A stretch of 64,000 bases of DNA from Escherichia phage HX01. Positions within the stretch are counted from its first letter, which is position 1, and each line of letters begins with the position of its first letter. Of the stretch, positions 25,318 to 35,344 are shown piece after piece. A model generated the notes under the pieces. That model saw only the letters and a program-made list of their open reading frames with translations, had not been told where the DNA came from and did no database searches. Location: sequence record NC_018855.1; one strand, written 5' to 3'. The position numbers and the translations under genes were made by a program.

Positions 25318-28300
25318 TTATTCAATCCACTCAAATTTAACAGTTTTATTCACAGGGTCTGGAATAATGCGAACATTACCAATCCTTAAGAAATCCCTTA
25401 TTGTCAAGTTTCCGATTGTTGCATTATCAGAAGGTAAAGCGCCAATATCAGAAGGTTGAGGAGGGTTTCCGCCATCAAATACCTGAACAAAACTCGACCA
25501 AGAATTTTTAGTTTTCTGCCATGTACGTGTCCAACGGGTTGTACGTGCTTCTGGAGTTGTTGGATAAGTAATCCAATCTTGGTAAAGTGAATCAAGTGTA
25601 TTACCAAACTGAGTCAATGTACCAGGAGATTTAACTTCTTCGCCACGTTCTAAGTATGGAAGCCCAGTCACTTCATTAGTTTTTTCAACCATTTTAAAAT
25701 AACCCGGGAATTGGTTATAAGTAGCTGAATCATTAATGTCAATTGACCAGAATCCTACAGTATCAGATGTCGGTGCACGGGTGTATAAATCAGCGGTTTT
25801 AGTGCCCTGAGAACGAATTCTCGAGTTAACAGTTAAACCACCTGAATTTATAGTAGCACCTTTGGCAATGATTAAGCTTTCACCAATCGTTACTTGGCCG
25901 GATGCATTATTAATAGCTAAAGGACGTAATCCATTAAATCCGCCAGTCTGATCACCTGATGCAGTAAGCATAAAATAGGTATTAGCAGCATCATTACGAA
26001 TAAAGAATCCGTAATTACCACTAATTGCTCTGAATGCGTTTGCACTATAGGTTATAAATTCACCCTGTGCTGTCACCGAACGTCCAAATGTTGCCGCACC
26101 ATTAGCATTCAATGTTCCGGATGCATTAACATTAATCGGCCGAACTGTACCGTTGATGCTGAAAGTAATATTACCAAGGTTATCCCGTTGTGAATAAAAG
26201 TGGTTAGATGTTTCATCACCAACTTCAAATATCGTAGCACGAGATGTATCAGAACCGCCGGCGAATTGGTTACCCCATACACGGATATTCATCGCCTGAG
26301 CAGGGTTGTTTCCAGTTTGTGGACCTTTTTCAAATATTAAGCGAGTTGAAGCACCTGTATTAGAAATAGTTAATGTACTATTAGCAGATACCGAACCACC
26401 AAACGTAGCCGTACTAGATGATACAAGAGGGGCACTCAGATTCGTTTGTTGGGTTAAGGTTAGTGAACCATTAACCGTCTGTGCAATGTCCCTACGAATG
26501 AACTGAGATGAATCTAGGCCATCTAATAAATTTGCGTCAGCAGCTTTTGCTTTTAATGGCAAGTAATTTGCCAATACACGGTTTAATTCATACGGTGATA
26601 CTGCATAGCTATTTTTCTCGTATAGCTCTAAGTTTTGTGTAGAACCGACTGTATCATTACCAACGAATGTAATAGAACCGGATGAAGTTTTAACGAATCC
26701 GCGAATTGCTGTAGTAGCAGCCCATGTTGGTTCACTCTGCACAATCCATTTTAAATTCTTAGGAGATACAGCAGTGTTCGCTGACGTTCCAGTCACAGTT
26801 TCAGACTGGGTTGCAACCTTGATTACACCTTCAGACGTTTCAGTGGACTTAGTCCCTAAAAGCTTTTTAGGAGTAATAAGAACATCATCTAAAGTTCCTG
26901 CATTAGATTCTGCCTGGGTCGCTACGCGAAGTGTACCACGTTGTGTTTCATTTGCTTTAGAAATATCAAGAGTATAATGGTTCCACAAGGTTCCTTCTTC
27001 AATAAGTCCGGAATCAGAATTAACACTGGTACGGTCAGAAGAATCAAAATGAGTTTTAATTTTCAGTGGAGTCGAGATACGAGTATCATCAGTTCCAGTA
27101 TCAAATTCAACTTGCGTAGCAATTTCGGCTATGCCGGATAATCCTTCCGTCGCTCTCCTATCATTTAACGTCTTAGGCGTTACTGCACGTGTATAATCAG
27201 TCCCAGCATTAGTTTCTGCTTGCGTAGCAATTTCAATTAAACCAATACGTCCATCAGTAGAAGTTTTCTTATGTAGTGTTTCAGGAGTTACTACAGCATG
27301 AGAGTATCCAGACTGAGATTGTCCAGCAATTACTTCACTATCAATAGCTAAAATTACTGCACCTTGTTGGGCGTAAGTTGCTTTATATTGGTCAAGGGCT
27401 TTAGGAGAAATAGTTAAATTATTTACGGTTTTATTATAAACATTAGTGCCTGCAGCCCCACGAGTTTCGGCAGGAGTAGCAGAAGTAGTTGATACATATT
27501 TAACTATACCCGATAGTGTTTCGGAACCCTGACGTGCCTGTAATTTCTTAGGCGTAATAATCGTTGTGTCATCAAGACCAGCATCGGTTTCAGTCTGAGT
27601 AGCAATTTCAGCAAGACCGCGACGAGTTTCAGTTGCTGTACGCTCATTTAGTTTTTTAGGCGTAACAATAGTATCGTCCACAAATGATGCTGTGGAATTC
27701 TGGTTAACTTGTGCTGTTGTAGCAATTTTAGCGATACCACGTCGAGCTTCAGTTGCTGTACGATTTGCCAACGTTTCAGGAGTAATAGCAACTTCTTTAG
27801 CCGGAGTATTCTCTAAATCAACATTTGCTTGCGCTTGAGTAGCAAGAGCAATAACACCTAAACGAGCTCGTGTAGCATCAGTTCCAGCATCAACACGTTC
27901 TACCGTAGGGACATTCTGTTGCACAACCCAATAATGGGTGTCAGAATCGGTATCTTCAATATATGCTAATTCTAATACAGGAACATATGAATTAGTACCA
28001 TTGAATTCCAATTCAGTAACAGAAACCCATTGAGCATCAGGTGGATATTCAGAACGTTTAGGGAACTGAAGCAATGCAACAGAAGAAGCAATTGTATCAC
28101 CAGTAGCTGCTTTAATTTTTACTGTTTGGCCTTTACGCATGTAGTTCATTGAAATTTTAACAGTGTCACCACTCAAAATTCCAGTAGGCAGCGTAAGATT
28201 AATAGTTCCGGTTGTAGCGTTATTTGTGCCAAAAATAAGAACTTCTTCATTTGGACGAATATTTGAATCAGCACGGATAATACGAAGACGCGATTTCTGG

Positions 28301-29193
28301 TCGCCTTCCCATATACGCCATAAACTATTTGAAGCATCAAAAACAAAAAACGCGTCAGAGTCATTTCTGCCTTCGGCAATATGAGTCCCGACTTCACCAA
28401 TAGACGTTGTATCATCAAATGTTTTAACAATTGTATGATACAGTGGGTTTAATTTATCTAAATCGACTAGGGTGATTATATCACCATTGTTAGCATTACG
28501 TGGAAGTGTAATGTTGATTGGTGCTGCACTAGTAAAACGACGAACGATAAAATCATTTGCTTGTGCTTGATATGGTGTCGCAGGTGTAACAGTGATTGAT
28601 TCTTTACCGTAATCAATGATATACATCTGCCACAAACGATTACTAAACACAAACACTAGTTGTGAACGTGGGCGCGTCATTAAAACTGTACGAACTTGTT
28701 CACCTCTAAAGTTTAAAATACTCTGCACAGATGCGTTAATCTGTACTTTAACTGTCCCGGTTCTTCCACCAATATCAGCCAAAACAACAGTATCACCATC
28801 AACTGGTGCACTTGGCAACGTGAAAACCATATCATTGCCGGCACCAGTGTTAACCGAAATCGATTCACCTGAAGAAAGTTGATAAGTCCCAGAAGCGACA
28901 GTTATCCATTGTGCATCAGTACGAACTGCACGCCATTGTAAAAGGTTAAATGCCCCGGAAGGAGACACGATATCATTTATTGCTTGATATAATCGGTTGT
29001 CATAAAGAACAACAAATCCTTTGTTATATCCACGCGTAGAATCATATACTTGAACGGTGTTTTCTTGTACCAGGAAGTCAACGTTTACGCCATCAGTACC
29101 TACTGTACGGTCGGCTAATGCTACGTTAACAATCTTGTCGCCACCGGCGTCCAGACCGTCTTCGGCTCTGAACTTACGTTTGATGTCGGCCAT
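25318..29193 (-). CDS. 34: gp34, long tail fibre proximal subunit
   Basis: 1291 aa; near-colinear with T4 gp34 (1289 aa), e.g. C-terminal ...TRWTRTWQKTKNSWSSFVQVFDGGNPPQPSDIGALPSDNAT. Confidence 0.95.
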   Translation of the reverse strand: MADIKRKFRAEDGLDAGGDKIVNVALADRTVGTDGVNVDFLVQENTVQVYDSTRGYNKGFVVLYDNRLYQAINDIVSPSGAFNLLQWRAVRTDAQWITVASGTYQLSSGESISVNTGAGNDMVFTLPSAPVDGDTVVLADIGGRTGTVKVQINASVQSILNFRGEQVRTVLMTRPRSQLVFVFSNRLWQMYIIDYGKESITVTPATPYQAQANDFIVRRFTSAAPINITLPRNANNGDIITLVDLDKLNPLYHTIVKTFDDTTSIGEVGTHIAEGRNDSDAFFVFDASNSLWRIWEGDQKSRLRIIRADSNIRPNEEVLIFGTNNATTGTINLTLPTGILSGDTVKISMNYMRKGQTVKIKAATGDTIASSVALLQFPKRSEYPPDAQWVSVTELEFNGTNSYVPVLELAYIEDTDSDTHYWVVQQNVPTVERVDAGTDATRARLGVIALATQAQANVDLENTPAKEVAITPETLANRTATEARRGIAKIATTAQVNQNSTASFVDDTIVTPKKLNERTATETRRGLAEIATQTETDAGLDDTTIITPKKLQARQGSETLSGIVKYVSTTSATPAETRGAAGTNVYNKTVNNLTISPKALDQYKATYAQQGAVILAIDSEVIAGQSQSGYSHAVVTPETLHKKTSTDGRIGLIEIATQAETNAGTDYTRAVTPKTLNDRRATEGLSGIAEIATQVEFDTGTDDTRISTPLKIKTHFDSSDRTSVNSDSGLIEEGTLWNHYTLDISKANETQRGTLRVATQAESNAGTLDDVLITPKKLLGTKSTETSEGVIKVATQSETVTGTSANTAVSPKNLKWIVQSEPTWAATTAIRGFVKTSSGSITFVGNDTVGSTQNLELYEKNSYAVSPYELNRVLANYLPLKAKAADANLLDGLDSSQFIRRDIAQTVNGSLTLTQQTNLSAPLVSSSTATFGGSVSANSTLTISNTGASTRLIFEKGPQTGNNPAQAMNIRVWGNQFAGGSDTSRATIFEVGDETSNHFYSQRDNLGNITFSINGTVRPINVNASGTLNANGAATFGRSVTAQGEFITYSANAFRAISGNYGFFIRNDAANTYFMLTASGDQTGGFNGLRPLAINNASGQVTIGESLIIAKGATINSGGLTVNSRIRSQGTKTADLYTRAPTSDTVGFWSIDINDSATYNQFPGYFKMVEKTNEVTGLPYLERGEEVKSPGTLTQFGNTLDSLYQDWITYPTTPEARTTRWTRTWQKTKNSWSSFVQVFDGGNPPQPSDIGALPSDNATIGNLTIRDFLRIGNVRIIPDPVNKTVKFEWIE

Positions 29194-29223
29194 TCGTTTT
29201 TCCTTTATTGTTTCAATAATACT

Positions 29224-29231
29224 TATTTATA
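29224..29231 (-). promoter_or_regulatory. Late promoter (TATAAATA) for gene 34
   Basis: TATAAATA on - strand about 30 nt upstream of gene 34 ATG. Confidence 0.6.
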
Positions 29232-29234
29232 CCA

Positions 29235-29264
29235 GTTTACGCTTTCAAATGAGTGTGTTACTAT
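29235..29264 (+). promoter_or_regulatory. Early-type promoter for rnh (GTTTAC-18-TACTAT)
   Basis: In the divergent 34/rnh intergenic region. Confidence 0.5.
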
Positions 29265-29296
29265 AGACAAGTTGACTAACTGAACAAGAGGTTCAT

Positions 29297-30214
29297 ATGG
29301 ATTTAGAAATGATGTTAGATGAAGATTACAAAGAAGGTATTGCACTTGCCGACTTTAGTAACATTGCATTGGCCGCCGCATTAAACAACTTTGAAGACGG
29401 CGATAAAATTACTGTTCCGATGGTTCGCCATGTAATCTTGAATTCAATTCGTAAAAACGTGGTGATGTTCCGTAAGCAAGGCTATACAAAATTTGTATTG
29501 TGTATGGATAATGCTACTTCAGGTTATTGGCGTCGTGACTTTGCTTACTATTACAAGAAAAATCGTAAAACCGATCGTGAAGCTTCAAAGTGGGATTGGG
29601 AAGGATATTTTACTGCACTCCATCAAGTTGTTGATGAGATTAAGAAATACATGCCATACGTTGTAATGGATATTGACAAGTATGAAGCGGATGACCATAT
29701 CGGTGTATTAACTAAATATTTGTCATTAGCTGGACATAAGGTGTGTATTGTTGCATCAGATGGTGACTTTACACAATTACACAAATACCCTAACGTTAAA
29801 CAGTGGTCGCCACCACAGAAAAAATGGGTTAAAATTAAGAACGGTTCTGCTGAAATTGATTGCATGACTAAAATTCTTAAAGGTGACCGTAAAGATGGCG
29901 TTGCATCTGTTCGAGTTCGTGGTGACTTCTGGTTTACTCGAGTTGATGGTGAACGAACTCCGAGCATGAAAACAACGATTATTGAAGCAATTGCCAATGA
30001 CCGTTCTCAAGCCGAAGTATTATTAAGTGCAGAAGAATATAAACGGTATCAAGAAAATTTGGTTCTCATTGATTTTGATTATATCCCTGATAATATTGCT
30101 TCAACCATTATAGAGTATTATAACTCATATAAACCACAACCTAAAGGCAAGATTTATTCATACTTTGTAAAATCTGGTCTTTCTAAATTAACAAGTGTAA
30201 TTAATGAATTCTGA
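29297..30214 (+). CDS. rnh: RNase H (5-3 exonuclease/flap endonuclease)
   Basis: 305 aa; MDLEMMLDEDYKEGI... and ...GYWRRDFAYYYKKNR... match T4 RNase H. Confidence 0.95.
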   Translation: MDLEMMLDEDYKEGIALADFSNIALAAALNNFEDGDKITVPMVRHVILNSIRKNVVMFRKQGYTKFVLCMDNATSGYWRRDFAYYYKKNRKTDREASKWDWEGYFTALHQVVDEIKKYMPYVVMDIDKYEADDHIGVLTKYLSLAGHKVCIVASDGDFTQLHKYPNVKQWSPPQKKWVKIKNGSAEIDCMTKILKGDRKDGVASVRVRGDFWFTRVDGERTPSMKTTIIEAIANDRSQAEVLLSAEEYKRYQENLVLIDFDYIPDNIASTIIEYYNSYKPQPKGKIYSYFVKSGLSKLTSVINEF

Positions 30215-30221
30215 GGTAAAC

Positions 30222-30491
30222 ATGGCTAAGAAAGAAGCAGTTGAATTTAATCAAGATGTGCATGGTGAAGAACTGGCTAAACTAGTCAAAGAAGCTTCCG
30301 ATAACAAACTTAAAATTTCTGGTTATAATGAACTGATTAAAGACATTCGTACTCGTGCTAAAGAAGAGCTTGGCGTCGATGGAAAAATGTTTAATCGTTT
30401 GTTAGCTCTTTATCATAAAGACGCACGTGACCAATTTGAAGCTGAAAACGAAGAGGTAGTCGAGCTTTATGACACAGTTTTCACTAAGTGA
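30222..30491 (+). CDS. dsbA: dsDNA-binding late transcription enhancer DsbA
   Basis: ORF track 30204-30491; start moved to MAKKEAVEF (89 aa as in T4), RBS GAGGT. Confidence 0.88.
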   Translation: MAKKEAVEFNQDVHGEELAKLVKEASDNKLKISGYNELIKDIRTRAKEELGVDGKMFNRLLALYHKDARDQFEAENEEVVELYDTVFTK

Positions 30492-30807
30492 TATTAAACC
30501 GGTTGATGAGACCGGTTTATCTGAACAAGAATTAGCAGTAAAACACGATAAAGATGATATCGCTAAATTGCTTGACCGACAAGAAAATGGATTCATTATC
30601 GAATCCATGGTTGAACAATTTGGTATGTCTTATTTAGAAGCAACAACTGCTTTCTTGGAAGAAAATTCTATTCCAGAAACACAATTTGCTAAATTTATTC
30701 CTACAGGAATTGTTGAAAAAATTACAAGCGAAGCAATTGACGAAAATATGCTTCGCCCATCAGTTGCTCGTGGTGAAAAAACTAATACGTTAGATTTCTT
30801 ATTATGA
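30469..30807 (+). CDS. 33: gp33 late transcription co-activator
   Basis: 112 aa (T4 112 aa), synteny dsbA-33-59-32. Confidence 0.85.
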   Translation: MTQFSLSDIKPVDETGLSEQELAVKHDKDDIAKLLDRQENGFIIESMVEQFGMSYLEATTAFLEENSIPETQFAKFIPTGIVEKITSEAIDENMLRPSVARGEKTNTLDFLL

Positions 30808-31457
30808 TTAAAATACGCATGCCTCCTGATGGAGAACGTTATATTAACGGAAAATCGGTATACAAACTATACTTGATGTGCAAACAACATTTTAATGGTC
30901 GGTATGACGTAATCAAATATAACTGGTGCATGCGTGTTTCGGATAATGCGTATCAAAAACGCCGAGATAAATATTTCTTTGAAAAACTAGCAGAGAAATA
31001 TAAATTGAAGGAACTCACCTTGATATTCATAAGCAACTTAGTTGCTAACCAAGACGCATGGATTGGTGAGATATCAGACGCTGATGCATTAGTTTTCTAT
31101 AGGGAATATATTGGACGTCTCAAACAAGCCAAGGAGACGTTTGCTGAAGATGTACGTAACATCTACTATTTCGGTAAGAAAGTTGAAGTTAGCGCGCTTC
31201 AAGAGATATTTGATTATAATAATAAAGTTCAGTCGAGCTACATATTTAAATTGCTACAAAGCAATATAATTTCATTTGAAACCTTCTTGTTGTTAGATTC
31301 ATTTTTGAATATTATAGATAAGCACGACGAACTCACCGATAACTTAGTCTGGCAAAATTATTCTACCAAATTAAAGGCATATCGAAAAATACTTCAAATC
31401 GATGGAAATGCTGCTAAGAAATTGTTCATAGAAACAATCAAATCATGTAAGTATTAA
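30804..31457 (+). CDS. 59: gp59 helicase loader
   Basis: 217 aa (T4 217 aa), synteny. Confidence 0.88.
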   Translation: MIKIRMPPDGERYINGKSVYKLYLMCKQHFNGRYDVIKYNWCMRVSDNAYQKRRDKYFFEKLAEKYKLKELTLIFISNLVANQDAWIGEISDADALVFYREYIGRLKQAKETFAEDVRNIYYFGKKVEVSALQEIFDYNNKVQSSYIFKLLQSNIISFETFLLLDSFLNIIDKHDELTDNLVWQNYSTKLKAYRKILQIDGNAAKKLFIETIKSCKY

Positions 31458-31486
31458 GCTTTATTTCTTGTGTGTTAAAATTACTT

Positions 31487-31494
31487 TATAAATA
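31487..31494 (+). promoter_or_regulatory. Late promoter (TATAAATA) upstream of gene 32
   Basis: TATAAATA 86 nt upstream of gene 32 ATG. Confidence 0.5.
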
Positions 31495-31504
31495 AATCAT
31501 ACCA

Positions 31505-31579
31505 GCTACGAGGTATAAGTGTCGTAGCAACCAACTGTAAGTAAATAAATTAAATAATCTAAATAAAAGGTAATAATCC
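31505..31579 (+). promoter_or_regulatory. Gene 32 5-prime leader: candidate autoregulatory translational operator
   Basis: 7-bp stem GCTACGA/TCGTAGC (31505-31528) then AU-rich unstructured stretch (AAATAAATTAAATAATCTAAATAAAAGG) to the ATG. Confidence 0.5.
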
Positions 31580-32482
31580 ATGTTTAAACGTAAATCTACT
31601 GCTGACCTCGCTGCTCAAATGGCTAAACTGAATGGTAACAAAGGTTTCTCTTCAGAAGATAAAGGCGAATGGAAGCTGAAGCTAGATGCATCCGGTAATG
31701 GTCAAGCGGTAATTCGTTTCTTGCCAGCAAAAACTGATGATGCACTACCATTTGCAATTCTTGTTAACCACGGTTTCAAGAAAAATGGTAAATGGTATAT
31801 TGAAAATTGCTCTTCTACACATGGTGATTACGACTCTTGTCCTGTATGTCAGTACATTAGTAAAAATGACCTGTACAATACCAACAAAGCTGAATATTCT
31901 CAACTGAAACGTAAAACTTCTTATTGGGCTAATATTCTGGTTGTTAAAGACCCTCAAGCTCCAGATAACGAAGGTAAAGTATTTAAATATCGTTTCGGTA
32001 AAAAGATTTGGGACAAAATCAATGCAATGATTGCAGTTGATACCGAAATGGGTGAAACTCCAGTTGATGTTACTTGTCCGTTTGAAGGTGCTAACTTCGT
32101 TCTGAAAGCTAAGCAGGTTTCTGGTTTTAGCAACTATGACGAATCTAAATTCTTGGGTCAATCTGAAATTCCTCGTATTAATGATGAAGCATTCCAGAAA
32201 GAACTATATGACCAGATGGTAGACCTTACCACTTTGACGGCTAAAGACCAGTTCAAATCCTTTGAAAAATTAAATGAATCTTTCGCTAAGGTTCTTGGTA
32301 CTGCCGCTCTTGGTGGTGCAGCAGCCGCAGCAGCTTCTGTTGCAGATAAAGTTGCTTCTGACCTTGACGATTTTGATAAAGACATGGAAGCCTTTAGTTC
32401 TGCAAAAACTGAAGATGACTTCATGAGCTCTACCTCATCCTCTGATGATGGTGACCTCGATGACCTGTTAGCCGGTCTATAA
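31580..32482 (+). CDS. 32: gp32 single-stranded DNA-binding protein
   Basis: 300 aa; [36 protein letters not shown]... with acidic C-terminal tail as T4 gp32. Confidence 0.95.
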   Translation: MFKRKSTADLAAQMAKLNGNKGFSSEDKGEWKLKLDASGNGQAVIRFLPAKTDDALPFAILVNHGFKKNGKWYIENCSSTHGDYDSCPVCQYISKNDLYNTNKAEYSQLKRKTSYWANILVVKDPQAPDNEGKVFKYRFGKKIWDKINAMIAVDTEMGETPVDVTCPFEGANFVLKAKQVSGFSNYDESKFLGQSEIPRINDEAFQKELYDQMVDLTTLTAKDQFKSFEKLNESFAKVLGTAALGGAAAAAASVADKVASDLDDFDKDMEAFSSAKTEDDFMSSTSSSDDGDLDDLLAGL

Positions 32483-32488
32483 TAAATC

Positions 32489-32511
32489 GGGAGACTTCGG
32501 TCTCCCTTTTG
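32489..32511 (+). terminator. Intrinsic terminator after gene 32
   Basis: GGGAGACTTCGGTCTCCC plus TTTT. Confidence 0.8.
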
Positions 32512-32537
32512 AGTATCTGTAAATTGCCGAAAAAGTT

Positions 32538-32566
32538 GTTTACTTCTTCCCTGGATGTGTTAGTAT
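32538..32566 (+). promoter_or_regulatory. Early-type promoter (GTTTAC-17-TAGTAT)
   Basis: Followed by TATAGACCTATCAA box seen at several other promoters. Confidence 0.5.
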
Positions 32567-32595
32567 AGACCTATCAACAACATGAGGAAATCAAA

Positions 32596-33000
32596 ATGGA
32601 AATCGGAAAATCTTATATCATTAACCCTTTATTTAAAGATGACTTTGTTCAAGAAGCACCACACAATAACGCTAAGATGTTAAAATTGATTGAACTCCAC
32701 GGGCCTAGTTTTGTTGTAAACGGAATGGAACCTGATTATGATAGCGATACGTCAAACGTAGTAAGTGTAACTATGGAAGATGGTACTGTATGTTCTGCCG
32801 GTGGTGAAATTGAAACTTATTTTGAGATTTATCCTGACGAGTTCAAATACTTTATTGAGTACTTTACTGAGGTAACTTTAGAAAAGCCTCAACCTACTAA
32901 CGAAGGTATAACTTTAGGTGTAACAAAAATCCATTGTATCGTAGATGAAACCAACGTCGACGAAATCATCAAACTTTTGCAAAAAACTTTTAAAAAGTAG
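32596..33000 (+). CDS. Hypothetical protein (frd.x region)
   Basis: 134 aa with promoter at 32538-32566 and RBS GAGGAAA. Confidence 0.55.
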   Translation: MEIGKSYIINPLFKDDFVQEAPHNNAKMLKLIELHGPSFVVNGMEPDYDSDTSNVVSVTMEDGTVCSAGGEIETYFEIYPDEFKYFIEYFTEVTLEKPQPTNEGITLGVTKIHCIVDETNVDEIIKLLQKTFKK

Positions 33001-33030
33001 TGTACAATCAGATAGGGTTATGTTATAGTA
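33000..33030 (+). promoter_or_regulatory. Early-type promoter (GTGTAC-19-TATAGT)
   Basis: -10 flanked by GATAGGG...CCCTATC. Confidence 0.5.
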
Positions 33031-33064
33031 GCCCTATCAAATCAAAAGTGAAGCGGAGAATAAA

Positions 33065-33313
33065 ATGAGATTGCAACGCCAGAGCATCAAAGATTCGGAA
33101 GTTAGAGGTAAATGGTACTTCAACATCGTCGGTAAAGACGCTGAACTCCTTGAACAAGCTGAAGAAGCTTTACGAGAAATGGGTTGGAACGAAGAATGTG
33201 ATGGATGTCCACTCTACGAAGATGGTGAAAGTGCAGGATTCTGGATTTATCATTCTGACGTCGATCAGTTTAAAGCTGATTGGAAAGTTGTTAAGAAAAA
33301 TCTGAGGAAATAA
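33065..33313 (+). CDS. Hypothetical protein
   Basis: 82 aa, promoter at 33000-33030. Confidence 0.5.
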   Translation: MRLQRQSIKDSEVRGKWYFNIVGKDAELLEQAEEALREMGWNEECDGCPLYEDGESAGFWIYHSDVDQFKADWKVVKKNLRK

Positions 33314-33315
33314 TT

Positions 33316-35001
<1,686 letters not shown>

Positions 35002-35002
35002 A

Positions 35003-35257
35003 ATGATTTTACGTTTTATTAATTCATATGGCACCACAATTTTTGAAATGAAAAATCCTACAGAACTAGATATCCCTTCGCCAAATAGTGAAATCACAGT
35101 TAAAGGTGAACGATTCATTTGCTATTCACATGAACGAATTTATGAATATCGTGAATTTTGTGGTGGTTACGGTATGGAAAAAGAACCATTGGTTTATTTC
35201 GATATCACAGTTTTGACTCCTAAAGAATACAAAGAAATTATTGCTAAGAATAATTAA
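35003..35257 (+). CDS. Hypothetical protein (nrdA.1 position)
   Basis: 84 aa ORF between td and nrdA. Confidence 0.5.
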   Translation: MILRFINSYGTTIFEMKNPTELDIPSPNSEITVKGERFICYSHERIYEYREFCGGYGMEKEPLVYFDITVLTPKEYKEIIAKNN

Positions 35258-35344
35258 CGCTTCAGTTTAAAAGTGTATAATAAATTAACGGGATAAATAC
35301 TATCCCGTTTGGAGTAATGTCTATCAACCTATACTGAGGAATAT

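Noticed and set aside
21463-28882. Plus-strand ORFs inside tail fibre genes 37 and 34 (e.g. 21463-21678, 22213-22428, 26306-26506, 26774-27141, 28163-28384, 28616-28882)
   Set aside because: Antisense to long, well-conserved structural genes; typical spurious ORFs.
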